Below, one piece after another: positions 40,289 through 51,441 of a DNA stretch of 64,000 nt; position 1 is the stretch's first letter; every line of letters begins with the position of its first letter. A program made the translations under genes and the position numbers. Below the pieces are notes generated by a model. That model was not told the DNA's origin. It made no database searches and worked only from the letters and a program-made list of their open reading frames with translations. The stretch is from Rhynchobatus australiae (lineage: Eukaryota), in contig JAUZTB010000071.1 in assembly GCA_034780895.1 (NCBI GenBank), positions 27,388,997-27,452,996 of the forward strand. The letters run 5' to 3'.

Positions 40289-40305
40289 CTGTCCATGGTT
40301 CTAAC
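40289..40305 (-). promoter_or_regulatory. Candidate RE1/NRSE (REST-binding) element
   Basis: The minus strand GTTAGAACCATGGACAG matches NTYAGMRCCNNRGMSAG at all 17 positions. Confidence 0.5.
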
Positions 40306-43300
40306 TATATCACACAGTCAGATGCCTTGAGATTATTTTCCTCTGTCTGCTCCATTTGAGTTGCTTTGCCCTGAGTTTAGAAAATCTGAGGAATTTCAAC
40401 ACAGGATGAGACCATTTCGCTCATCATATCATGATTTTAGTTCAGCTTTGGAACTTTATTTGCATTCCATCTCCTTATAACTATTTTTGTTGTATGATGT
40501 ATTCCTGTACTAAATTGATTTGGCTTTGATTGTCATTTTTGATGGATTCAATGTTCTGTTATAATTTTGGAGCTTCCTGCTTTATGCTTCTAGGTCATGA
40601 CCTAAATGTTCAAACTCATTGCTGATTTACTGACCAGTAGATATAGATTCTCATTTTCCACAAATATATTTCTTGTATTAGATCACTGAGTCCTCTTTGC
40701 ACAGGCTGAAGCCCTATTGTTTTTGTGTGAAGACTATACAAAATGATAAGAAATAGCCCAATGCTTTTGTCATTGTACCCAAAATCTCCACTTTCACCCC
40801 AGTGAAGTTGGACTCTTTAAGTAGTAGAATCATCAAAATTGATTGCAGTACTTCATGCTTTTGCTTAAAGTGGGCTAAAGAGTTGTGTTTGGAAATCAAA
40901 TTTGCAACTTTAATTACATCAATCTCTCACTGAACAAGTGAAATCATGGAATCTGTAGGCCAAAGAACAAAGGAGTTTTATCTCTGGCCTTCAGGAGTTG
41001 TGCAGGAAGTAGTTTTCATTAGGCGCCACTGTTGTGTGAAGATGGTACCTGTTGAATACAAGTTGGTGGATTCATTTGTATCTTCCCTATCAAAATGGGC
41101 CAATCAATTTATGCCATACTGAGACTAATCTATTGGACATGCCTCTACACTAATCTTTACTGCATTGAGTTTGGCTAGTTTAAACAATTGTATGTTAAAA
41201 GATATAATAATTCTGTGGGGGCAGTGATTTTCTGTGCATATTGTTGACTTTTTGCATTGTACTGTCACACTTGCCTGTAGTTCATAAACTCTTTTAACCA
41301 GGCTTGTGCAAGGACTAGAGGGTATTTTCAGCCATTTTGTATGTATTCTATGGGCAAGAAATATTCTGATTTTAATATTCATTATTCAGATCTAGCTAGC
41401 CCTCTCAGCAAACTCAACAGGATGAGTTTTCTTGCTAATGTTTTAAGCAAATTAATATTTGCAGCCTGGATTTACTTGTTGAAATGCTGATTTTTGTTTA
41501 GCAGCATAAACTCTTATTTATACTTGAATGACTGCAGTCAGCTATGGGTTCAGAAATTTGTTTTAGTACTACACTTAGTCCCAATTTGTATTTAATTAGA
41601 ATTTTAACCTGACATCAAATTTTTATATGCAGTGTATATATAGACTTTTCAGTCTTACTGGTCTTGTTGAGCCAGATTTTCAGCTTGTGATTTGATGGTG
41701 CTTGTTCAGTACCAGATTCACAGGAACAGTAGGGGATGCAGACTTTTTAAAATTCTCCTTGCAGTTAGGTCTACTGCCAGATGCAGCTATCTCAAACCTT
41801 TTTATTTTGTTTAGAGACTATTGACCTTGAAGGACTGCTGATGCGTTGTTTGACTGTGGAATCTATTGCTTTCTCATGCTGTGACCAGTGCTATGCAAGT
41901 GAGATTAAGGAAATGTAATATGACCAGTTGCCATGAATAGTTCCAAGGGCAGAGCTGTTGTGCCAGTGGTAGCTCTTCAGTGCTCAGATTTAATAGACTG
42001 TGACACAGTTTCTGACTTGCAGCTAAATCTACTTAAGTCTAATCTCAGTTAAGCAGAAGCACCCAGCAAAATTGAGAAGTAATGCATGCATGACGGTTAT
42101 GATTTTCCAGTCAATGAAGGTTCATCATATTTTAGATATTTCCTTGGTACATGGAGCTCTATTCAAATTTTTCCATAGATACTGATTGTGCTTTAGATAT
42201 TTTCAGCAAAACATGCAATATGTAACCACATGTTTCTCAGTAAATTAAGGCTGCATTTTATATTGTAATTGTGGCATTGATGCAAAACACGGTGAAGATG
42301 CAAAATCTGGAGATGAGGCCTAATTTGAAATGGAATGGAGGAGCCTGTTCAGTGTTGCTGGTCATGGCATTTAAAAATGCTTTTACTGTGATGAATTTCA
42401 CATTTACTTAAAACCGAGCAAACTTTTCATATGTGCATCATTGTGCTTTGGCCTCTGCAGTTCACTATTTTCAGAATGTTTTGACTGGATTTCTGAGTGA
42501 GTTGATCTCTTCAGCCAGAAAGCAGCTGCTCCCTTGTTGATCCCTGGATTTAAAACCAGCCATGTGAATCCTGCTCCCTATGGCTACCCAGTAAACCCTA
42601 AGTATGTTGGTGTTGCTCTGGATGTCAGATGAAATAAAAATGCACGATCTATGAGATGACTTATAGCTTGGAAAGTCCGACAGCAATCGATGTGTGGCTA
42701 TGATGTGAAGCTAATGACACTTGTGAGACGTGATTAGATGAATAAGGTTGAAGCTAAACAAAGTATTGGTAAGCTATATGTTTAACTAATTTTGCGCAAA
42801 GTGTGACTGACCTGGCTAAATACCTCTGACGCCGCTTGACTGACAAAGGATGATAAAGTGGCTGACACCACTTGCAGACCAGTGAGTCTCTCCTTGCTTT
42901 GCAGCCCTGGCCACACAAACCTCTTCTCTACTCTCGGCAGTGATTTATCATTCTTCCTGAAGAGGCATGGGCAGAACTGGACAGTGTTCCAGCAAGTCTA
43001 GGTGCCATCATAATCCTCCTGTTCTTTGCCTTTGCTACTGAACATAAGTATTCCATGTGCTGTTACAGTCACCTCATTTGCCTTACCTCCTGCCTTGTGG
43101 AATGTGGGAGTTTATCAAACGCCATATGGACGATGTGAAATATGCTACTTGTATTGACTTCCCTTGTTAATTCCTCAAATATTCATTTATAGTAAAACTT
43201 CCAGCTCATGGAATTGAAAGCAAATTATTGACATGGTTTATGGGACACTGGCAGTGTAGTGGGAAATAGAGAGCATGACTGTGGGTGCCCTGGCAGGATT

Positions 43301-43618
43301 GTTTCCCAAAGGACCTGGATGAGGGCATGTGGAACCAGTCTTTGCCCTTGGTAAATTGTGCTTCTGTATATTATGGCAGAATTCAGTGGTGCTGCAGTGA
43401 CTGGTTCTCTCTACTTAAAGAAACAGGATGCTGGTGCAGCCTGCTTTTTGGGGGGCATTACTGTCATCCCTGCTTGGTGTTCTAATTGTACACACTGTTT
43501 AAAAAATCGCAGCTTCTTCTGATATATTCAGCTTTATCAACTTCTGAACTTTAGTTTCACCCTATAGGGATGATTTCCCATTCCTTTTCAGTGCCTTACA
43601 ACCTCGTTTCTTTTCTAG

Positions 43619-43718
43619 GCACGTGCTTGTGAAAACCAGTCCGAACCACAAATTTGTCTTCACGGTGAAAAGTCATACCACTGTGCTTCCAGGGACCATT
43701 GCCTTCAGCTTGCCACAG
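43619..43718 (+). CDS. NSF: NSF coding exon 3 ([33 protein letters not shown])
   Basis: tttcttttctag|G CAC...CCA CAG|gtaagg; 100 nt; phase matches exon 2; homologous to human [33 protein letters not shown]. Confidence 0.97.
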
Positions 43719-46289
43719 GTAAGGATGGTTACAATATGCATGATATAGTGTTAATGCAAACTTGTAAGAAGTAGTTAGCAGTGATGAAATGGTATGAATT
43801 CTTTCTTTTGGTGGGATGGTAGCTGAGGTGGAGAGGGAAAACTGCTGTCATTAGCCATTACCCCAGAGTCCGTCCTTCTGCAGTAAAACTGTAAATCCAG
43901 CACACTTGGGACTTTGGTGCTGGACCGGTTAATTTTCTGGACTATTGGATGTTATTCCAATTAATATTGGAACACAGTTTTATTTGATTTTACTTTAGAT
44001 GTTATGTAGTTTGGTTGTATTTTCGAGTGAACCTGGCAAGTTTCAAGGGAGTTTGGGAAACAACAAAGCGAGTTTGAAGGCAGTGTGGGAACTGGGGCCC
44101 CAGTGAATTTGAAGGCAGTGTGGGAACCAGGGTTGTGGTGTGCTAGAGGGAATGCAGGGATCAGTACCTGGTGAGCCAGATGCAGAAACATGAGGATTAC
44201 TGAACAATCAAATAGTGTATTATCTGAATTTTGCCTTGTATTGCAAGGCTACAGTGCCCAAGTTTTTAAATACGCTGTTACATTTGAAGCCACTCTCATT
44301 CCTGTTTGAATTTCTCCATTTGGGTGTTGCCCTTCTCTTGGCTGAAAATACCTTAACCAAAGNNNNNNNNNNNNNNNNNNNNNNNNNNNNNNNNNNNNNN
44401 NNNNNNNNNNNNNNNNNNNNNNNNNNNNNNNNNNNNNNNNNNNNNNNNNNNNNNNNNNNNNNNNNNNNNNNNNNNNNNNNNNNNNNNNNNNNNNNNNNNN
44501 NNNNNNNNNNNNNNNNNNNNNNNNNNNNNNNNNNNNNNNNNNNNNNNNNNNNNNNNNNNNNNNNNNNNNNNNNNNNNNNNNNNNNNNNNNNNNNNNNNNN
44601 NNNNNNNNNNNNNNNNNNNNNNNNNNNNNNNNNNNNNNNNNNNNNNNNAAATTTCTTATGTGTTCTGTTCTAATTTTGCACTTAATCTTGGTTAACCTTG
44701 TAAGTCCTGGAAATGTCCTCTATCTGACTTATGATCTGTTCATAATTCTGTTAAATCTTCCCCTAATCTATGTGGATATAACAGAAAAAAAGTCTTGATG
44801 ATTCTTCATGGAAGCCAAAACAATTCGCTAGTCTAACTGGGGACTTAGTGTTTCATGATATGATAATCATATGCTTTTTTATATATTCAAACAGAAAATC
44901 TTATCAGTCTTTTCATAAGGTTATCCCCAGAGGACCTGCCTTTTAATATTAATGAAAGTGAATTTACAAGTCTCTCTACTCTTTAACATTCACACTGTAA
45001 TACTGTTCTCATCTTATTTTACTAGCATAGATTCAGATGTGCTTGCACTGAATATCATGTGTCATATGTTTGTTCATTACTGTCTCCTGACAATATTCCT
45101 AATCAGTATTATTTGATTCTCTGGAGTGCTAAAGATTCCTTTCATTTTGGGTATTGTGTGTGCATTTCAATACTAACTTTCAATACTAACTAGTATAATC
45201 CTTCTTATCCAAACGTTACATCGGTATATTTCGGAACTGAATGTTGATTTCATTGCCAGTTTACATCCTTTGTATTTTTAATCTTGTTTCAGTCCTTTTC
45301 CAAATAACCTGTTCCTTAATCTTGAGTAATGTTTCATATGATACCTGGCCTTGTAGTCCCCTTTAGAATGTGTGCAAACCACCCTCAACCCTACTTCTCT
45401 ACTTTTGTACTTTTTTTTATTGTCCAGTCACAAATGAGCCTCAATTTCCTTAAAGTTGACATTGGGAAGACAGTAGCTGAAGGATTTGGCTACTGACACA
45501 AATTCTGTGCCACCACTGGTGACTTCATATTACTCCTTGGCCACCTTGACATCCTGCTTGGCCTCAAACTGAGGCTCCAGCCCTATTTCCTCTGCAGTAC
45601 GAACTACTGTTTCTGCTCGGTTGCCTGTCTTTACTACATCTTCTCCCAGTCCTGTCATTTCTCAGATTTAAGTCTTCATCCTTATGTTTAATTCCCTCTT
45701 GGTTTTGTCCTTCCCTGTCCCTAACTTTCTTCAAAACTGTGTCGACCTGCTTTTCCACCTATCTAGCCAATGTACAGCTTCTATCCTGCTGTGATAAGAC
45801 TATTGAGCAGATCTCTTGTACATTAAAAGTGAACTCTTGACCTCACCTATCTACTTTGTCATGGGCCTTGCACCTCATTGTCTACCTGTGTTGCACTTCC
45901 ATTTGTAACTGTAACACTATATTCTGCATTCTGTTATTGATTTTCCCTTGTACAAATGCAATGTACTTGTTTTGAAATGATATGTATGAATGGCTCGCAA
46001 AATAGTCTCCCAAACCAACAGGTTCAAGAACAGCCATTNNNNNNNNNNNNNNNNNNNNNNNNNNNNNNNNNNNNNNNNNNNNNNNNNNNNNNNNNNNNNN
46101 NNNNNNNNNNNNNNNNNNNNNNNNNNNNNNNNNNNNNNNNNNNNNNNNNNNNNNNNNNNNNNNNNNNNNNNNNNNNNNNTGCTGCTGCAAGTAAGTTTCT
46201 CATTGCACCTGTGCACACACATACTTGTGCATATGACAATAAACTTGACTTTGACTTAGTGACAGTAATAAGCAATTCTAATTCCAATG

Positions 46290-49120
46290 TACATTGTGGT
46301 GTCTTCTACAATGGTGAAAGGTTGGTTACAAAGGTTGGTTAATTGCCTTGAAGCACCTGCATTCAATCCGCAGGAGTGACCCTGAGCTTCCAGTTGCTGG
46401 CCACTATAATTCACCATTTCACTCCCCCCCCCCACCTTTGCAGCCTTCTCACCTGTTACAGTGAGGCCCAACACATGCTTGAGGAACACCTCGTCTTCAG
46501 TATGGGCACATTTCAGCTTTCTGGATTCTATCAAATTATCCAACTTTAGATAACTTGCTCTTGTTTTCTGTCCATATCAGAACTGGCTATTTCTTCCTGT
46601 CATCATTTTACTTCTCTTTTTCGTATCCCAGTCATATCCCATGGCCTTGCTCAACAACACGTTGCCAGGCAAAGTAGCTTAATGTGCTGGTAACTGCCTC
46701 CCACCTCAGAGTCCCCCAACCCCACAGTGCCTGCTTCTATCTCTTACCTAAGATCCAGAAACAGCACTGCCCTGGTAGGCCCATTGTTTCTGCCTGCTGC
46801 TGCCCCACTGAATTCATTTCTTAATACCTGGACTCCTGTTCTGTCTCCCTTTTGTTCAGTCCTTTCCTGCTTACATTCAGGGCACCTCTCGTGCCCTCCG
46901 TTTCTCTGGTCCCAACTAGCTCATCTTTACCATGGATGTCCACACTCTACACCTCCATTTCCATTTCCACCCCCCCGCCCCACAACCTCACTAACACTCT
47001 CATCTACATANNNNNNNNNNNNNNNNNNNNNNNNNNNNNNNNNNNNNNNNNNNNNNNNNNNNNNNNNNNNNNNNNNNNNNNNNNNNNNNNNNNNNNNNNN
47101 NNNNNNNNNNTGGATGTCCACACTCTACACCTCCATTTCCATTTCCACCCCCCCTCCCCACAACCTCACTAACACTCTCAACTACATAGCAAAATTTGTC
47201 CTTGCCCTCAGCAACTTCTAGTTTAATTCCTCCCACTTTCTACAGATCAAAGTGGTAGCCTTGGGCCTAAGCTACCTTTGTCTTTTTGCTGGCTGCATGG
47301 AACAACTCTTGTTCCAAGCCTATTCTGGCAACCACCCACCCCCTACAAGCTCTTTCTCTGTTATGTTGACGACTGCCACCTCCTGCACTCATGCAGAAGT
47401 CATCAATTGCATCACCTTCACCACCAACTTCTACCCTACCCTCAAATTCACATTGGCCATCTCTGGCACTTTGTTTTCCGGATCTGTCTCCATCTCTGGA
47501 GATGGACTTGTCACTGACATCTTCTATAAACCCAGTGACTCCCACAGCTACCTCAACTATACCTCCTCCCACACTGCCTCGTGTAAGTACACTATCTCTT
47601 TTTCTCAGTTTCTGTTTCTGCCACATTTCTTTCTGCTCATGAGCTTCTGAAATGTCCTCCTTCCAGAGGCATGACTTTCCTCCTGCCATTGATGTATCTG
47701 ATCTGACCATCCTCCCCAGGCAGAACAGTGATAAGATTCCCTTGGTCCCTTATCTTTCAGCCCACCAGCCTCTGCATCCAACACATTATCCTCCGCCATT
47801 TCTCCAACGTGATCCCACCACCGGTCACATCTTCCCTTCTTCCCAACTCTTTCTTCCCCCCCACCCCTTTTCACTTTCTGCAGGGACCATCTCTTCATGA
47901 CTTCCTAGTCCACTCAGTCCTCTCCATCCCCTGGCATTTTACACTCTTTCAGATTCAGGGTAAAAAAATGGCCATTCACCCCTCGTCTCACCACCATCGA
48001 GGACCTAAGCAGCCCTCCTAGATGAGGCAGAAGTTCTCCTGCCCACCTGGTCAACTGCATTCGGTGGTCATGATGTGGCTTCCCCTATACTGGTGAAACT
48101 TAGCGTAGACTAAGTGACCATTTTGCAGAGCAGCTGCACCCTGTCTGCAGCGACCATATTGAGTTTCTGGTGGCCGGCCATCCCTGGGTAACGAACCGGT
48201 TCCATTTGTAAAGATGTCCTTTAGTCAATTTTGTCCACAATTCAGAAAATACACAAATCACTCAATATGGTAACCGTACCTCCACAGTATTGTAATGAAT
48301 GGCATCAAAAGACTGATGATAAAGAACAATTACTAAAAGTGGAGAGAGAGAAACGAAACTAACCTTGCCATTCATAGGACCAAACGTTGGACTGTTGAAT
48401 TTAATAGTATTATGGGAATTTGCCCTTATCTACCAAGTCCTTGAGTCAGGTGTTTGTAAGCTGGGGACAGCTTGTACATGTAACTTTTAACTCTCCTTCC
48501 CACTCCCAGACCACTTGTCTGTCATCTGCTTTCTCCATTGCATTGGAAAGGCCAGATAAAAATTGGAAGAGCAACATCCCATTTTCTGCTTGGGCAGCTT
48601 ACAATCCAATGATGTGAATATTGAATTTTCCAATTTCAGGTTACCCTCACTCAGGTGCTCTCCTCCAACACACACTCGCCTGTACACCTCGTATTCTTCT
48701 CCCTTTGTTCATCCCTCCCATCCCCTCTCCATCTGGTTCCACCTATCGCCTACCAGCCTCTGTCCTAACCCTCCCCTCCCCCACCTGGTTCCCTCTATCC
48801 ACTATCCCCACCCTAACTGGTTCCACCCTGTTCTCTTTCTGTCCTGAAGCAGGGTGTTGACCCAAAATGTCAACTTGCACCTTTGGCCTCTACAAATGCT
48901 GCTTGACCCACTTAGTTCTTCCAGCATTCTTTTTTTATTCCATCAAACTATTGGGACTCGCCTTATCCATTCTCTATTTTCCCTCCCCTATAAAATAACT
49001 AGTATCTCTCCCTTTCCCCTTTCTGAGAAGGGACCTATAACCAAATGTTAATTGTTTCTCCTTCCCCGGATGCTGCCTGACTTAAGTGTTCACAGCATTT
49101 TCTGTTTCAGATTTCTGGTG
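46290..49120 (+). mobile_element. Decayed Penelope-like retroelement (RT + GIY-YIG) with an upstream partial repeat of its 3' part
   Basis: FLQIK.VALG, CYVDDC (RT catalytic motif, ~47359-47376), TDIFYKPSDSHSYLNYTSSH..CK..ISFSQFL, GIY-YIG remnant YTGET*RRLSDHFAEQL (~48087-48137), C-terminus EEQHPIFCLGSLQ..NIEFSNFR. A second endonuclease-region remnant lies at 46300-46550. Confidence 0.88.
48174..48474. mobile_element. Tigger-like MITE nested in the Penelope element
   Basis: Degenerate 23-bp terminal inverted repeats ccggccatccctgggtaacgaac / gtttgtaagctggggacagcttg, followed by TA on the right. It interrupts the Penelope endonuclease remnant, which resumes at ~48480. Confidence 0.6.
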
Positions 49121-51178
49121 TCAGTGCACATCCTTCTTTTATCTCCATTGTTAACAGTGATGCCTTAAACCACCATGTATTGTTGAATTTTAGTACATCA
49201 TGGGAATGGATTACCTTTTTGATTTGCATTACATTGTTTCACCTTGGCTTTTATGCAGCATGTTATTTTATTCTGTGCGAAGTGTGGGATGAATGTGATG
49301 CTGCAAATGTGAGTAAGCGTTAGACATCCTAGGGTTACTAGTAAAGCACTGGATGTGTGAAACTGTAGTCTTCTCTAGTTAAGCTGTTAATTGCCTTTTT
49401 ATCTTTGTCCTTTGCAGTTCTGCATGTGGAGAGTGCAAGTGTTTAAATGGTGATATTATGTTGTGGTATTTCAAAGTCTGATGCTGATAGATATGGCGGT
49501 GATGGTTTAAAGTTGGAAGCTGGTGCTTTTCAGCAATATTCAATTTAAGAGAAGTTTTGCCTTTTGCAGTGTGTTTAAAGTAAAGTTGGTTCATTTTCTC
49601 AGAATAACCATTATATTCTTTTACCTCCCACCTTAATACCAATATGTTACTAAAATGTGTTAGAAGCTGAGACATTCAAGAGAATTGAACAACATTTAAT
49701 TTTTTAAAAGTCTGCCTTCAGTTTTTCTGCTTTAATTCTAAATTCTACTCTACCTGAATATTAAATAATATTGTGCTTGACTACAAGCTGTGATTGTTAA
49801 TTGTAATCCCCAAAAGAGTATTTATTTNNNNNNNNNNNNNGCTGTTCTTGCTGAGCATGAATATTAGTGGAACTTTCATTGCAGGGTAATAACTCTTAGT
49901 GGCAGAGTGAACATTTTGGATCTTTGAAGCATTCCCTTGCCACTTACCCCAGATCTTTCAAAGAATGGTGAAGGCTTCTTTTAAATACTAAAAGCAAAAT
50001 AGCGTTGATCTTCACTATACATTTTAAGCAGCTTCCTGAAACCCAGCATTTAACCTAAAGGTGCCTGAACATTTTCCACTTAATTCTAAAATATGCTATA
50101 GACCTGACCTATTTATGCACGTATAGACTAGGCGGCGTTATGAATGTAAAGAAGGCTGTCCAGTTTTTGTATTTCTTGTATATGTTTTTATGAAGTTCAC
50201 ACAATAAAAATCAGTTTCAATTTTAATTCATTTCATTTCTCTCATTCTCCTAACTGTTCCCCTGTCCCCTTTTGTAATAAATATTCAAAACCTTGAATGT
50301 CAAATTAATGAGAATGGATTTCACAGATACAATTTGCAATGGTTAATGACTCTGCAACACAAAATGGGCCTTTCTCTCTTAAGTTGGTTCTATTTTATTA
50401 AACCACTATTTCTTCATGTGTGGCCAGAAACATTACTGCTTGCCAGGGGTTACTGATTGAAAAACCACTGGCATTGCTGTTTGAAAAATCTTTGACTTGC
50501 ACTGACCTGGTTTGGAAGCAAAAGACTGAACTTGCTGGGCAAAAGTATGCTGAACCAGATCAGCATCATTTGGCATGACTCCAGCAAGGGAATCGGGGAC
50601 TGTCCCATTGAGGTAAAAGGCAATAGAAACCTTTATACGTGTCCAGCTATATCTGGAAGAGGAGACTGGTGGGAGGATTTTTTTGACAAATTTGGTGTGG
50701 TATGACAGTTGTAAAGTTAAAGTCAACTCAGAACTGAGGAAATGGCATTGTCATTGAGTCTCAAAGGTGGGCCTCAAATCCTAACATGTCCATTTGGCTT
50801 GATAATAGAGTGCACATATCAATGTTCAGTTTTGTTGACTTACTAGCGGCTTCTAAGTGACATTTATGAATGGAATCCAATACATTTATTAATACTTAAA
50901 CATTCAGAATATCACCTTTGCCAAATCTTGCAATTTAAGGATCCAGATAATGCTTCACCTTCCTTCATGCATATAGCATTGTGGATTCTTAAAATATGAA
51001 ATCTGGTAAGCCAATTATATTTACATTGTGGAAAAACATAAAAGGTATACTTTTAAAGGCTGTGATTCACAAAAGGATGTTCGGTCTTGAATTTACCTTT
51101 TGAAGTGCTTTTGAAAACTGGTTAAAAATGTGCTTTTCTCAGTAATGTTCTATTGCTAATATCCTTTTATAAATCTGA

Positions 51179-51326
51179 CTTTGGTGTCAATAACTTAATA
51201 AATATAGGGACTGCAGCCTTAAAGAGTTAACTTCTAGAGTGCAGGTTTTCAACAGTCACATGGCCCAGAATTCTGGAATTGCCCTCAAAGTATAGGGAAC
51301 ACAGTATTAAACCTGCACTATAATTG
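51179..51326 (+). repeat. 148-bp dispersed duplicate of 52353-52500, flanked by a 32-bp direct repeat
   Basis: Two mismatches between the copies; attgctaatatccttttataaatctgactttg occurs at both 51152-51183 and 51323-51354. Confidence 0.95.
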
Positions 51327-51401
51327 CTAATATCCTTTTATAAATCTGACTTTGAAAAATGTTGTCTTAATAGTAGTACTGGAACATTTTTTCTCTTGCA
51401 G

Positions 51402-51441
51402 AGAAAATGGGTGGGACTCTCCATTGGTCAGGAAGTGGAAG
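51402..51441 (+). CDS. NSF: NSF coding exon 4 (RKWVGLSIGQEVE)
   Basis: ttttttctcttgcag|AGA...GAA G|gtaggt; 40 nt; homologous to human RKWAGLSIGQEIE. Confidence 0.96.

Noticed and set aside
44041-44127. 20-bp repeat tttgaaggcagtgtgggaac twice, plus one degenerate copy, with short spacers (superficially CRISPR-like)
   Set aside because: Only 2-3 units with 12-15 nt spacers, in a vertebrate intron with no cas genes; a simple local duplication.
46933-47187. ~78-bp tandem duplication within the Penelope RT
   Set aside because: The copies directly flank a 100-N gap, typical of unmerged overlapping contig ends or haplotypes.
48313-48360. CTGATGA...GAAAC as another hammerhead
   Set aside because: No stem II or stem I pairing; it lies inside the Tigger-like MITE and is a chance match.
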